A stretch of DNA of 64,000 bases from Desulfarculales bacterium (GCA_031554335.1 JAVBVK010000003.1:86144-150143), one strand, 5' to 3'. Positions 1 through 10,626 are shown, counted from the first letter of the stretch. Notes: generated by a model from the letters alone, not told the origin. Numbers and translations: made by a program.

Positions 1-575
1 GCGGCCCAGAGGGCAACTACGGGCGTAAGCTTCTTATTTTAGTAATAATTGCCAGCGTGCCCACCGCCATCATAGGCTTGTGCTTCCGTAAAATTTTTAT
101 TGATATGTTCAGCTCGTTGGCCATTGTGGGCTTTACCTTAATGCTTACCGGAGCGCTTTTATTGCTGACCAAGCTTTATCAGCCGCGGAAGAACATTGGC
201 CTGGGGAAGATGTCCTGGCTGCTGGCGGCCATCATTGGGTTAGTGCAGGGCATGGCCATTACGCCGGGCTTAAGCCGTTCGGGCGCCACTATAAGCGCCG
301 GGCTCTTTTTGGGTTTAGAGCGCCAATTGGCTTTTAAGTTCTCTTTTTTAATTTCCATCCCAGCCATTTGCGGCGCGGTTCTTTTGGAGTCCCTGCATTT
401 GCGCGAAATAACCAGCGCCATTAGCACTGGCCCCGTATTGGCCGGTACCCTGGTTGCCGGCCTGAGCGGGCTATTGGCGCTAAGCCTGGTGGGGCGCCTA
501 GTCAACAAGGGGCAAATTTGGGGGTTTTTCCCCTATTGTCTGGCCTTGGGGATAATTGCTGTTTTGTACAGCTAG
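1..575 (+). CDS. uppP: undecaprenyl-diphosphate phosphatase (UppP/BacA), 5' end outside window
   Basis: Frame 3 is open from base 3 with no stop before the listed ORF at 57. Signature 'PGLSRSGATISAGLFLGLER' and a multi-TM hydrophobic profile. Confidence 0.85.
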   Translation, partial: GPEGNYGRKLLILVIIASVPTAIIGLCFRKIFIDMFSSLAIVGFTLMLTGALLLLTKLYQPRKNIGLGKMSWLLAAIIGLVQGMAITPGLSRSGATISAGLFLGLERQLAFKFSFLISIPAICGAVLLESLHLREITSAISTGPVLAGTLVAGLSGLLALSLVGRLVNKGQIWGFFPYCLALGIIAVLYS

Positions 576-847
576 CGATCAAATAGGTTAGCCGTCCAGC
601 CAGGTACGCTCATAATTTGTTGGATAATTATTCAATAAATTAAGTATATTGTCCGCGGTAGCCATGTGCCCTCAGGCTAATATGGCTGTTTTCTCTTTTT
701 ATCCGCATACATTTTTAGTAATATATAAAAGATGAACAGGTGTCAAACCTTAGGCTTCATGCCGGAGTACCGGGCACCTGGGTGTTGGTCTTGAATTTAT
801 ATTTTTCAACCGGCGCAAGCGTCTTTATTAACTTAAAGGAGTTAGGC

Positions 848-1825
848 ATGAGTATTCTTTCACCTGTGCGTTTACAGCCTATAACCGTAACCAAAGTTTG
901 GGGCGCCTCCAAAATGTTGGGCCCCTTGTCCGAGCACTTGCAGGTGGAGCCGGGAGTGGGAGAAGTTTGGCTGGCCAGCGCGCAGCAATATGTGAATAAG
1001 GTGGCGGAAGGCGCTTTGGCCGGCATGGGGCTGGACGAGCTGCACGGGCAGTTTGGCCGTATGCTGACCGGCGACAGTGGCAATGGCGAATTTCCTCTTA
1101 CCTTAAAGCTGCTGAACGTGGGTGATTGGCTTAGCGTGCAGGTGCATGGCGATGAGGAAGAAAAAAAGTACAAGGAAGAGATGGGGGAGGTGTGGCATGT
1201 GCTGCACGCCGACCGCGACGATACGGAAATTGTAATGGGGCTAAAGATTGGCGCGGGCCGCCAGGAGGTGGAAGAGGCGGTGGAGCGCGGAGACCTTACC
1301 GATTTGCTGGCCAAGGTGCCAGCCCGGGCCGGCGATACATTTTTTTTGCCATCTGGCACAGTGCATAGCGTGGGGCCTGGGTTGGCCATTTTTGAACTGC
1401 AGCAGCCCAGCAGCGCGGCCTATCGCTTTCATGACTGGAACCGTCCCGACGTAAATGGAGCCATGCGCCAACTACACCATGAAAAGGCCCTGCAGGCTAT
1501 AACTTTAAGCGGGCACGCTCCTTCTGAGCCCGTGCGCCGGCTGGAGATATACGGCGCGCCCAACCGCCTGCGTCTTTTAGTGGAGACGCCGACATTTGCC
1601 CTGCTTAAGGTGGATGCCACGCAGACATACCGTCCCTGGTGGGGGGGGGCCAAATTGAGGGTACTTTTTGTGCTGGAAGGAGAAGGGCAGATGTGCTCTC
1701 CTGGTGGTTATTTTGCCCCCATGCAGGTTGGCGCCGGGCAGACCTGGCTGCTGCCAGCCGGGCTTACCACCCCGCTTTTAATTCCCGCCAAAAGCAAGCT
1801 GGCCTTTTTGGAGGCAGTGGCATAG
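848..1825 (+). CDS. class I mannose-6-phosphate isomerase (cupin)
   Basis: 'TKVWGA', 'GEVWLAS' and 'LSVQVHGD' with a downstream 'GTVHSVGPG' metal-site-like motif. ATG at 848 is preceded by AAGGAG (836-841); the listed 740 start gives a non-homologous extension. Confidence 0.65.
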   Translation: MSILSPVRLQPITVTKVWGASKMLGPLSEHLQVEPGVGEVWLASAQQYVNKVAEGALAGMGLDELHGQFGRMLTGDSGNGEFPLTLKLLNVGDWLSVQVHGDEEEKKYKEEMGEVWHVLHADRDDTEIVMGLKIGAGRQEVEEAVERGDLTDLLAKVPARAGDTFFLPSGTVHSVGPGLAIFELQQPSSAAYRFHDWNRPDVNGAMRQLHHEKALQAITLSGHAPSEPVRRLEIYGAPNRLRLLVETPTFALLKVDATQTYRPWWGGAKLRVLFVLEGEGQMCSPGGYFAPMQVGAGQTWLLPAGLTTPLLIPAKSKLAFLEAVA

Positions 1826-1887
1826 GCAAAGCATGATGTGGGCAACACGCCATAGCATATAATTAAAAAACAATAACAGGAGGCTTA

Positions 1888-3246
1888 ATGGCAATGCAGC
1901 CAGGAATTTTTAGAGAATATGATATACGTGGAGTGGTGGATAAAGAAATAAGCGATGCCGATGTGAGCCTGCTGGGAAGGGTTATTGGCACCTATATGGA
2001 GAACCATGGGGTGAAAGAAATAACTCTGGGGCAAGACTGCCGCCTGTCTTCACCCCATTACCACGATCTGTTGCTGGAGGGGCTGTTGGCCAGCGGCCGT
2101 AAAGTTATTGATATAGGCGTATGCCCCACGCCATTGCTCTATTTTTCGGTGTGGCATTATAAAACCCAAGGCGGGGTAATGATAACCGCCAGCCATAACC
2201 CTAAAGAATATAACGGGTTTAAGGTGATGCTGGGCAAGACCACCATCTTTGGCGAAGAAATACAAAAGCTTTACCAAATGAGCCAGCACAGCTCGTTTGC
2301 CAAGGGCCGGGGCAGTGTTAGCCAAAGCCCTATTGTTGAGCCTTATATAGATTATGTGAGCCGCGATATTAAGCTGGCAGCGCCTTTGCACCTGGCGGTG
2401 GACGCGGCCAACGGCACTGCTGGGCCGGTCGCCACCAAGCTCATGGAGAAACTGGGTATAAAGGTGGAACCGCTTTACTGCGAGATGGACGGCAATTTCC
2501 CCAACCACGAGGCAGACCCCACGGTGGAGGCCAATTTAAGAGATTTACAGGAAGTGGTACGCGCCAAAAAACTGCGCGCCGGAATAGCCTACGATGGCGA
2601 CAGCGACCGCGTGGGCATTATCGATGAAAATGGCACTCCCATCTGGGGAGATATGCTGCTTTGTATTCTGGCGCGCTCCATTTTAAGCGATAACCCTGGC
2701 GCCACTTTTATTGGCGAGGTTAAATGCAGCAAAAATTTGTATGATGATATTAAAAAGCGCGGCGGCAATGGCATTATGTGGAAGGCCGGACACAGTTTAA
2801 TTAAACAAAAAATGGCGGAAACCGGAGCGCTTCTGGCCGGAGAGATGAGCGGCCATATTTTTTTCAAGCACCGCTGGTTCGGCTTTGACGACGGTATCTA
2901 CGCCAGCATGCGTTTTGCCGAGCTTCTCGCGCAAAACAGCGCACCGCTCTCTACCTGGCTGGCCGATCTGCCCCAAACCTACAGCACCCCGGAAATACGG
3001 GCAACCTGCCCGGATGAGCTCAAATTCAAAGTGGTGGAGCGGGTGAGTCAGGCCATGAAGAGCAAATATCAGGTTATAGATATAGACGGGGTAAGGGTTA
3101 CTTTTGCCGACGGCTGGGGGCTGGTTCGGGCCAGCAACACTGGCCCGAACTTGGTAATGCGTTTTGAGGCGGAGCGCCCTGAGCGCCTTGCGGAAATACA
3201 GGGGCTGGTACAAGGCGCGGTGGAAGAGGCCATCAAACAGGGTTAA
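1888..3246 (+). CDS. phosphomannomutase/phosphoglucomutase
   Basis: Phosphoserine loop 'TASHNPKEYNGFK', Mg loop 'AYDGDSDR', sugar loop 'GEMSGH'. AGGAGG lies upstream. Confidence 0.9.
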   Translation: MAMQPGIFREYDIRGVVDKEISDADVSLLGRVIGTYMENHGVKEITLGQDCRLSSPHYHDLLLEGLLASGRKVIDIGVCPTPLLYFSVWHYKTQGGVMITASHNPKEYNGFKVMLGKTTIFGEEIQKLYQMSQHSSFAKGRGSVSQSPIVEPYIDYVSRDIKLAAPLHLAVDAANGTAGPVATKLMEKLGIKVEPLYCEMDGNFPNHEADPTVEANLRDLQEVVRAKKLRAGIAYDGDSDRVGIIDENGTPIWGDMLLCILARSILSDNPGATFIGEVKCSKNLYDDIKKRGGNGIMWKAGHSLIKQKMAETGALLAGEMSGHIFFKHRWFGFDDGIYASMRFAELLAQNSAPLSTWLADLPQTYSTPEIRATCPDELKFKVVERVSQAMKSKYQVIDIDGVRVTFADGWGLVRASNTGPNLVMRFEAERPERLAEIQGLVQGAVEEAIKQG

Positions 3247-3282
3247 CACCCCATACCATATTGTAATGGCACCTAAAAATGT

Positions 3283-3315
3283 AAGCCCGCGCCCAAGGTG
3301 GCGCGGGCTTTTTAT
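3283..3315 (+). terminator. intrinsic terminator after phosphomannomutase gene
   Basis: GC-rich stem agcccgcgcc/ggcgcgggct followed by a T-run. Confidence 0.7.
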
Positions 3316-3366
3316 TGCGCGAAGGCCTGTTATGTTTATTTCATGAAATAAGCTAACAATACATAG

Positions 3367-3395
3367 TTGCGCGCTAATTGCATTGTTGCTAGAAT
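3367..3395 (+). promoter_or_regulatory. sigma70-like promoter candidate (TTGCGC-17 nt-TAGAAT)
   Basis: -35 TTGCGC at 3367-3372, exact 17-nt spacer, -10 TAGAAT at 3390-3395, inside a 515-bp non-coding gap. Confidence 0.4.
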
Positions 3396-3517
3396 TACTT
3401 AATACGTGGGGTGCTCGCTTTTAGCGTTTAGCCGCATGGACAACAAGTTGTTTTGCAAAAAGGAGCACAGTCGCTTGTGCCGCTTAACATGAGTTTTTGT
3501 AGTTGCATATTAGAAAT

Positions 3518-3563
3518 CCGCTTCGCTGGTCACCCTACCGGTTGAGCGGGTTTTTTGTTTTTT
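3518..3563 (+). terminator. terminator-like imperfect hairpin plus long T-run inside the leader of the 3761 gene
   Basis: CCGCT..CTGG / CCGG..AGCGG stem followed by TTTTTTGTTTTTT. Confidence 0.5.
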
Positions 3564-3760
3564 GCTCCTGCCTTTCTATTGTTTCTGCGCAAGCGTGTTC
3601 CAAGCTGCTTGCCCGCTTTGTTCCAGCCATAACAACCCCGTGTTATTAAGTTTTGCTAGTTTACCTTTTGGCAGAAGCCGGGCCTGAGGCTGGCGCTTGT
3701 TTAAACCGCCAGCAATTATGGCTGCGATATTTGAGTAGTTAGAAAGGAGAAGTTTTATTT

Positions 3761-5395
3761 ATGCTGCAGTTATCAAAAAGCAACGATGTGTTGTCTACCA
3801 CCAATCGCGGTAACCCCGCGGAATCGGGGTTGTGTACTTTATGCCGCGCTGACTGTATAGGCAAGTGCGAGGTATGGCTTTCCAGCTTGCGGGGAAGAGA
3901 AGTTCTATACCCCAGAGATTTTGGTTTGATTACCGCAGGCAGTTCCAGCAGCGCAGCCATTGGTTTGGGATATCACGCTTTACACATTCAAGGCTATAAC
4001 TATGGCGCCAAAGGCGCGCCAGCGGCGGCGGCCAAGGGCGACGTATTATTTACCGACGTTGACCTAAAAACCAGCTTTGGCCACCAAGTTAAAACCGAAT
4101 GCAACTTACCTTTTATGACGGGTGCCCTAGGCTCCACCTTTATTGCCGCGAAATACTGGGAGTCTTTCGCCGCTGGCTGTGCGATATGCGGCATACCCAT
4201 TGTTATTGGTGAAAACGTAGTTGGGGTTGACCAGGAATCTATAATTCAAAACGGGCGAGTGATCAAGGCTCCGGAGTTGGAGCGGCGTATCGATACCTAT
4301 TACAGGTACTATAATAACGCCGGTTCCATCATTGTGCAGCTCAATGTGGAAGACACCCGTAATGGTGTGGCGGAATACGTCATGGAGAAGTATCCGGATA
4401 AGGTGATTATTGAGCTGAAGTGGGGGCAGGGTGCCAAAGATATTGGCGGTGAAATAAAGGTGAATGATATAGAATACGCCAAGTTCTTAAAGGCGCGCGG
4501 CTATCTTTTAGACCCAGACCCAACCATGCCGGAAGTAGAGGCCGCATTCAAGGCTGGCGCGATTCACGACTTTGCCCGCCACAGCCGCCTGGGCTATACC
4601 AACCGCAACAGCTATGAAGAAGTGCGCGAGGATTTTTTAAACAACGTAGCTTACTTAAGAACATTGGGCTTTAAGCAAATATCGCTTAAAACCGGCGCCT
4701 ATGGCATGGAAGGCCTGGCCATGGCCATTCGCCTGGCTTCAGAGGCCAAGCTGGATTTGCTTACTATTGACGGTTCGGGCGGCGGCACGGGCATGAGCCC
4801 ATGGGACATGATGCAACACTGGGGCGTGCCGTCCATATTGCTGCATGCTAAAACTTATGAATATGCCAAAGCTTTGGAAGCGCAAGGCATGCCGGTGGTG
4901 GATATGGCCATGGCCGGAGGCTTTGCCTCTTCCAGCGCTATTTTCAAAGGACTTGCTCTTACCTCGCCTTACACCAAGCTTATTTGTATGGGGCGCGCCA
5001 TGATGATTCCTGGCTTCCTGGGCGCAAACATAGAAGGTGTGCTGAGACCGGCTAACCGCATTAAGGTAAATGGCAACTGGGACAAGTTGCCTAAAACCGT
5101 GTCTGATATAGGTGCCACGGCGGAAGAGATTTTTGCCGGCTATCAGAGCGTGGAGAAAATAGTGGGCAGGCAGGCCATGCAAGAGTTGCCATTTGGCGCC
5201 ATTGCCATGTGGACTTGCCTAGACAAAATGGGCGCGGGTTTGCAGCAGTTTATGGCGGGCGCGCGTAAATTCCGTGTTTGCGACATAAGCCGTGAAGATA
5301 TAGCTTCGTCTAACCGGGAGATGGAGCGGGAAACGAAAGTACCCTTTATTACTGAAGCGCAGAACGAAGCCGCACGGCGGATTTTGAAGGTTTAA
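3761..5395 (+). CDS. FMN-binding glutamate synthase family protein (GltB central-domain-like)
   Basis: 'DGSGGGTGMSPWDMM' FMN/TIM-barrel motif, N-terminal Cys cluster 'CTLCRADCIGKC', AAGGAG RBS. Confidence 0.75.
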   Translation: MLQLSKSNDVLSTTNRGNPAESGLCTLCRADCIGKCEVWLSSLRGREVLYPRDFGLITAGSSSSAAIGLGYHALHIQGYNYGAKGAPAAAAKGDVLFTDVDLKTSFGHQVKTECNLPFMTGALGSTFIAAKYWESFAAGCAICGIPIVIGENVVGVDQESIIQNGRVIKAPELERRIDTYYRYYNNAGSIIVQLNVEDTRNGVAEYVMEKYPDKVIIELKWGQGAKDIGGEIKVNDIEYAKFLKARGYLLDPDPTMPEVEAAFKAGAIHDFARHSRLGYTNRNSYEEVREDFLNNVAYLRTLGFKQISLKTGAYGMEGLAMAIRLASEAKLDLLTIDGSGGGTGMSPWDMMQHWGVPSILLHAKTYEYAKALEAQGMPVVDMAMAGGFASSSAIFKGLALTSPYTKLICMGRAMMIPGFLGANIEGVLRPANRIKVNGNWDKLPKTVSDIGATAEEIFAGYQSVEKIVGRQAMQELPFGAIAMWTCLDKMGAGLQQFMAGARKFRVCDISREDIASSNREMERETKVPFITEAQNEAARRILKV

Positions 5396-5401
5396 ATTTT
5401 A

Positions 5402-5430
5402 CCCTCGGCGGGCTTCATGCCCGCCGAGGG
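5402..5430. terminator. bidirectional hairpin between convergent genes
   Basis: Perfect 12-bp stem ccctcggcgggc/gcccgccgaggg with a 5-nt loop. Confidence 0.6.
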
Positions 5431-5457
5431 TGGCAGGAATACATTATGTTAGGCCAG

Positions 5458-7395
5458 CTAGCCAGTGGTGCCAGGAGCCTTGAAAAATACAGCGCTTAAG
5501 GGTGGCAGGGTAATTTCCAGATGATAGGGGTGACCATGGCAAGGCGCATCTATGCTGTGCCGGCCTCCGTTATTGCCAAGATCGCTTCCCCAATAAATAT
5601 GCGAATCACTGTTTAAAAGTTCATGCCAAAAGCCGGGGTGTGGCACTCCCACCCAATAATTGTAGCGAGGCACAGGGGTAAAGTTAAAGGCGGCTATCAA
5701 TTCATCCCCAGCGCTATCTCCCTTACGCAGCATTACCAGGGTGCTGGCCTGATAATCGTTGCAATCTATCCACTCAAAACCACCTTGCTGGTTATCTTTG
5801 CGGTGAAGGCCTTTTTGCTCTCTGTAAATATGGTTAAGATCACGCACCAGATTCTGTATGCCGGCATGATTGGGGTAGTTGGTTAGATGCCAATCCAAAC
5901 TATCATCATGGTTCCATTCGCGCCACTGCCCAATTTCCCCGCCCATGAAGAGCAGCTTTTTGCCGGGCTGGGCATACATATAGCAAAGCAGTAAGCGTAA
6001 GTTGGCAAATTTTTGCCAGTCGTCTCCTGGCATTTTATTGACTAAAGAACCTTTGCCATGCACAACTTCATCGTGGCTTAAAGGCAATACAAAATTTTCA
6101 CTAAAGGCATATAGCATACGGAAAGTAATTTGGTTGTGATGGAACTGGCGGAAGATGGAATTCTTTTCCATATAAGTTAAGGTGTCATGCATCCACCCCA
6201 TGTCCCACTTAAAGCCAAAGCCCAAACCACCCAAATAAGTGGGGCGGCTTACCATGGGCCAATCGGTAGACTCTTCGGCCGTGGTGTGCACCCCAGGGAA
6301 TGATTGATAGATTTCCTTATTAAACTCTTGCAGGAAACTCACGGCCTCTAAATTTTCGCGGCCTCCAAATTGATTGGGGATCCACTGGTTGCCCTCGCGT
6401 GAATAATCCAAGTAAAGCATAGATGCAACCGCATCCACCCTAATTCCGTCAATATGCATTTTATCCAGCCAGAAACAGGCGCTGCTCATAAGGAAGGAGC
6501 GCACTTCATTGCGGCCGTAGTTGAAAATATAGCTCTGCCAGTCTGGATGAAAGCCTTTGCGTGGATCGGCATGTTCAAATAAATGAGTGCCATCGAAGAA
6601 GCTTAATCCGTGTTGGTCAGAGGGAAAGTGTGAAGGCACCCAGTCCAGAATAACCCCTATCCCGGCCTGATGCAGGCTGTCTACCAGAAACATGAAGTCT
6701 TCGGGCGTGCCGTAGCGACTGGTGGGGGCAAAATAACCAGTGCTTTGATAACCCCAGGAACCATAAAACGGATGTTCCATCAGCGGCAAAAACTCTATGT
6801 GGGTAAAGCCAAGATAGGTTACATATTCACACAGCAGCGGGGCCAGCTCGCGGTAACTTAGAAAGCGTTTGGGGTTATTGGGGTCACGCCGCCAAGAGCC
6901 CAGGTGCATTTCATAGATACTCATGGGATCCCGCATTACATCGTTTTGAGCGCGGGCTTGCATCCAAGCGTTGTCGTTCCAGGTATAATCCAAACTCCAG
7001 GCCTTAGATGCGGTGAAAGGCGGGGTTTCAGCATGGATGGCAAAGGGATCGGCTTTGTCAACCCTGTAGCCGGCAAAACGCGAGTGAATACGGTATTTGT
7101 AACTCTGCCCCTTAGTTACGCCGGGCACAAACCCATGCCAAATGCCAGAACTGTCCAAAGGTTTCAACTCCAGTTCTTCCTGCCACCACTGGTTGAACTC
7201 GCCCATTACGAAAACCCGGTCGGCATTGGGAGCCCAAACTGCAAAGTAAATGCCAGGCTTGCCGTTGTGGGTTAGAAAATGGCTGCCTAGCTTATCATAT
7301 AAGCGATAGTGGGTTCCTTCATTAAACCAGTATATGTCTTGTTGGCTGAATAGGTTGATATCATATTCAATGTGAGGGCGAATGTTTTTTTTCAT
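5458..7395 (-). CDS. glgB: 1,4-alpha-glucan branching enzyme
   Basis: Full-length GH13 branching-enzyme pattern: 'GIRVDAVASMLY', 'TTAEESTDWP', 'LPLSHDEVVHGK'. Confidence 0.95.
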   Translation of the reverse strand: MKKNIRPHIEYDINLFSQQDIYWFNEGTHYRLYDKLGSHFLTHNGKPGIYFAVWAPNADRVFVMGEFNQWWQEELELKPLDSSGIWHGFVPGVTKGQSYKYRIHSRFAGYRVDKADPFAIHAETPPFTASKAWSLDYTWNDNAWMQARAQNDVMRDPMSIYEMHLGSWRRDPNNPKRFLSYRELAPLLCEYVTYLGFTHIEFLPLMEHPFYGSWGYQSTGYFAPTSRYGTPEDFMFLVDSLHQAGIGVILDWVPSHFPSDQHGLSFFDGTHLFEHADPRKGFHPDWQSYIFNYGRNEVRSFLMSSACFWLDKMHIDGIRVDAVASMLYLDYSREGNQWIPNQFGGRENLEAVSFLQEFNKEIYQSFPGVHTTAEESTDWPMVSRPTYLGGLGFGFKWDMGWMHDTLTYMEKNSIFRQFHHNQITFRMLYAFSENFVLPLSHDEVVHGKGSLVNKMPGDDWQKFANLRLLLCYMYAQPGKKLLFMGGEIGQWREWNHDDSLDWHLTNYPNHAGIQNLVRDLNHIYREQKGLHRKDNQQGGFEWIDCNDYQASTLVMLRKGDSAGDELIAAFNFTPVPRYNYWVGVPHPGFWHELLNSDSHIYWGSDLGNNGGRHSIDAPCHGHPYHLEITLPPLSAVFFKAPGTTG

Positions 7396-7429
7396 ATACT
7401 ATGCTCTTTGCGTAAATAGCGGTAAGTTA

Positions 7430-8380
7430 CTAAAGTGCCTTGTCGCTCTTGAATGCTGGCACCCGCTCGGTGCCGCATGAGCTTAATTCTTGTATAAAGC
7501 CGTTGTTAAGCCCGTGTTTTTTAAGCGCAGCCAGAGCCTCTTCATATTCGTCGCGGCTGATGGGCCGGTTCAGCCCTTCTCTGGTTGCCGCTTTATGCAT
7601 AGGCGTATACTGCGCCATAAGGCTTACCCACACATCAGTGGTGCAAAGACTGGCCAGGCGTTTAAGCACGGCCGGCGAGTCTGCCTTGCCTTGCGGTAAT
7701 ACCAGATGGCGCACTAAAAGCCCCTTCACGGCAACGCCCTGTTCATCTACAGCCAAGTGCCCCACCTGGGCCAGCATTTCTTTCAAGGCGGCCCGCACCA
7801 CCAGCGGATAATCTTCCGCATCGGACAGTTCCGCTGCTATATCTTCGTCAAAATATTTGAAATCGGGCAGATATATTTCTATGAGACCGTTTAGGACTTT
7901 CAGCGTATCCAGGCGCTCATAACCGCTGGTGTTATACACCACTGGTATGTTTAATCCCATATCGCGCGCCAAGGCCAACGCCTTTAATATAACCACTAAA
8001 TGCGGAGTAGGGGTAACCAGATTTAAGTTGTGGGCTCCCTGCTCTTGTAAAGATAAAAAGGCCTCGGCCAGCTCAATAGCCCCCATCATAGTGGGGTTGT
8101 CTTGCCGGCGGCTTATTTGGTGGTTTTGGCAAAACAGGCAGGAAAGGGTGCAGCCGCTAAAAAATACAGTGCCCGAGCCGTTGCTGCCAGAGATAGGAGG
8201 CTCTTCGCCAAAATGTAGCTGCGTGATATTGACCGGGGCCAAGGTGCCGGCGCCGCAGTAGCCGGTTTCGCCCATTATGCGGTTAACGCCACACTGGCGT
8301 GGGCACAGACGGCAAGAGCTAAGCCAGCTATTAAGCTCTTGGGCGGCTTCAAAATATTTTTTAAAGTTGGGAAATTCCAT
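7430..8380 (-). CDS. radical SAM protein (PflX-like activase family)
   Basis: 'CTLSCLFCQN' CxxxCxxC cluster plus N-terminal 'CRLCPRQCGVNR'. Confidence 0.8.
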   Translation of the reverse strand: MEFPNFKKYFEAAQELNSWLSSCRLCPRQCGVNRIMGETGYCGAGTLAPVNITQLHFGEEPPISGSNGSGTVFFSGCTLSCLFCQNHQISRRQDNPTMMGAIELAEAFLSLQEQGAHNLNLVTPTPHLVVILKALALARDMGLNIPVVYNTSGYERLDTLKVLNGLIEIYLPDFKYFDEDIAAELSDAEDYPLVVRAALKEMLAQVGHLAVDEQGVAVKGLLVRHLVLPQGKADSPAVLKRLASLCTTDVWVSLMAQYTPMHKAATREGLNRPISRDEYEEALAALKKHGLNNGFIQELSSCGTERVPAFKSDKAL

Positions 8381-8481
8381 TGCCTAAGTTATATCCTTCT
8401 AATCGGCGTTTGTTTAGTTTGCGGCGTATAGCCATTTTTTATCCATATTGTTGCTCAAGGTCAAAAAGATAATATGTCGTT

Positions 8482-10617
8482 TCATACTTCCATGCTCAGG
8501 GAAAAATCTTTTTTAAATTCGCCACCGTTGAGATTCCACAACACAACCAGGGAAGTGCCTTGATAGGTGCGCTCCAGGCCAGACTCTGACTGGCTTACCG
8601 TATATACCGGCCAGCTCCAGAGCGTGCCCGGAAGGCTTAGCTTGAAATCTACCTTGAAACCATCGCTTTTGTTGATCAGGCTGAAGGTTTCTATGGGCAT
8701 TTGTCCGGCGAAAAAATCTTTGAACTCCACCCGCAAGCCATCTGCCATAATATATCGTTCGGTATCAATATCAGAAAGCAGGGTTAGGTTGAGCTCCACC
8801 CCCCACATAAAGCCTGGGGTGCGCTGGTTTGTGCTGTTAAGCGTATAATGGCAGCGCAGGCCGCCGTTTGCTTGCAGGTGGAAACTTTTTTCCACCGAAA
8901 GCGGCCACGGACCGTCGGGAGACCATATATGACCATGCCGTAGCATATGGCAAACAGCTTGCGTGTTGTTTTTGTGAGCTGCAAGTAGGGTATAGGGCTG
9001 ATCGACAAAGTCTCCCCATTCCGTAAAAATGGCTTTATTGAAAGAGTCCAGATCGGTATGATAAGGTAGAGCGTGATCTTGAAAAACCGCACGTTCATAC
9101 CAATCGTACAGCAGAAAATTTTCCAGCCCCTCTTCCTTGACCACAATTTTATCGTGCGGGGAAAAAGCTTCAACACTATCACTGTTATCACCATCGGCGA
9201 GCACGCAACTGCTATTGATGTGCTTATCTTGGTTGAATAAGGAATGGTAGGCCTCAGGCCTGCGGGTTAGCGTGTCGGCCAGGTTGAATTTGGGGCCGCG
9301 CAAGTTAAGCATGCTAACAGAGCCGCCATAGGCCGGATGGATTACAAGGTCTAGCTTGGGGCAGGCAAAAACAACTTCTTCATTGCCGTCCAGGTCAAAG
9401 TCTCGCGTGCCGCATTTTATGGCCTGGCCGCTTTTGGCAAATTCTGTCTCATCCAGCAAAGACTCGGAAGTAATTAAGTTGCTGTGCACGGCATGGCGTA
9501 TATGGCTTAGGTAGAGCCCACCAAAAAGGCCGTGCCAGTAAGAGCAGTTGCACTGGGCTTGCAGCAAATGGTCGTAGGCCAGTGGCTGCGCCGCGTTCAG
9601 GCGGCTGCTGATAGTCAGCATCTTTTTATGCATAAGGTTGGATTCGCGGTATTTAACCAAAAAATTTTCCCACAGGCCGCCGCGCAAGAAACGCCGCATT
9701 TGTTCATAACGGTTCTCTTGCTTAAGCTGCTCTATCATCTCCTCCATCTGGCGGGTTACCTGCCAGGGCAGCGCCCACATAAGCATTTCCTCATAGGCCG
9801 AGGTGGGCAGATATATTCTGCCTTTGGGTGAAAAATTTTGCATAACCGCGCCGGGAGTATCAGGCTGCAGCCAATCTTGTTCCTGCAAAATGGTTTCTAT
9901 AAAATTTTTAAGCCAGGCGCGCTCTATAACCAAATTGTATGTTTTGGGCCAAAGACCGAATTTTTCACAATCGTCGCCGTATGTGGCACAGGTTGGCCCG
10001 TGCTTTTCATAGCTCTGTTTTAAAAAATTCACTGTCTGGCCAGGGTCTTGAAAAGGTATGGCGTAGCGTAGCTGTTTGTTGGTGGGAAATAGGGCCATAA
10101 CATGACCTTCCCGTTCAGTAAGATGGTAGCCGAACATATCTTCATCGTTAAGGCCCGCATAGTAAAAATGAGTGTCGTCCACAATGGTATAACCCAAGTT
10201 GGCCTGGGCCACCACCTCCGGCAGGGACGGCTCCCAGATGCGCTCAGCCAGCCAAAAGCCATTTGCCTGGGCGTTAAAATATTTTTGTAAAAACGCATTT
10301 TGCATTTTAAGTTGGGTAATGGCGTCGCGCCGGGGAATGGCGGCCAAAAGCGGCTCATAAAAAGCGCCGGACAAAAGTTCCACCTGGCCGCGGGCATACA
10401 TTGCGCCTATCATATCCAGTAATTCGCTGTCATTTTCCTTAAGCCAGATTAGAAGCGGGCCGGAAAAATGCAAAGCTATGCGAAAATCCGGATATTGGTA
10501 AAGTATCTCCATTACCGGGCGATAGCATTTTTGCGTTGCCATGGCGAAAACGTGATGAAAATTGCCAACCGGCTGATGGCTGTGCAACACTATTAATAAA
10601 CGCATTTTGTTGGGCAT
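8482..10617 (-). CDS. GH57 family alpha-glucan enzyme (4-alpha-glucanotransferase/amylase-like)
   Basis: N-terminal 'LHSHQPVGNF' GH57 signature. The ~700-aa architecture is typical of GH57 with C-terminal DUF1925/1926-type extensions (recollection). Confidence 0.8.
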   Translation of the reverse strand: MPNKMRLLIVLHSHQPVGNFHHVFAMATQKCYRPVMEILYQYPDFRIALHFSGPLLIWLKENDSELLDMIGAMYARGQVELLSGAFYEPLLAAIPRRDAITQLKMQNAFLQKYFNAQANGFWLAERIWEPSLPEVVAQANLGYTIVDDTHFYYAGLNDEDMFGYHLTEREGHVMALFPTNKQLRYAIPFQDPGQTVNFLKQSYEKHGPTCATYGDDCEKFGLWPKTYNLVIERAWLKNFIETILQEQDWLQPDTPGAVMQNFSPKGRIYLPTSAYEEMLMWALPWQVTRQMEEMIEQLKQENRYEQMRRFLRGGLWENFLVKYRESNLMHKKMLTISSRLNAAQPLAYDHLLQAQCNCSYWHGLFGGLYLSHIRHAVHSNLITSESLLDETEFAKSGQAIKCGTRDFDLDGNEEVVFACPKLDLVIHPAYGGSVSMLNLRGPKFNLADTLTRRPEAYHSLFNQDKHINSSCVLADGDNSDSVEAFSPHDKIVVKEEGLENFLLYDWYERAVFQDHALPYHTDLDSFNKAIFTEWGDFVDQPYTLLAAHKNNTQAVCHMLRHGHIWSPDGPWPLSVEKSFHLQANGGLRCHYTLNSTNQRTPGFMWGVELNLTLLSDIDTERYIMADGLRVEFKDFFAGQMPIETFSLINKSDGFKVDFKLSLPGTLWSWPVYTVSQSESGLERTYQGTSLVVLWNLNGGEFKKDFSLSMEV

Positions 10618-10626
10618 GAAGATTCC

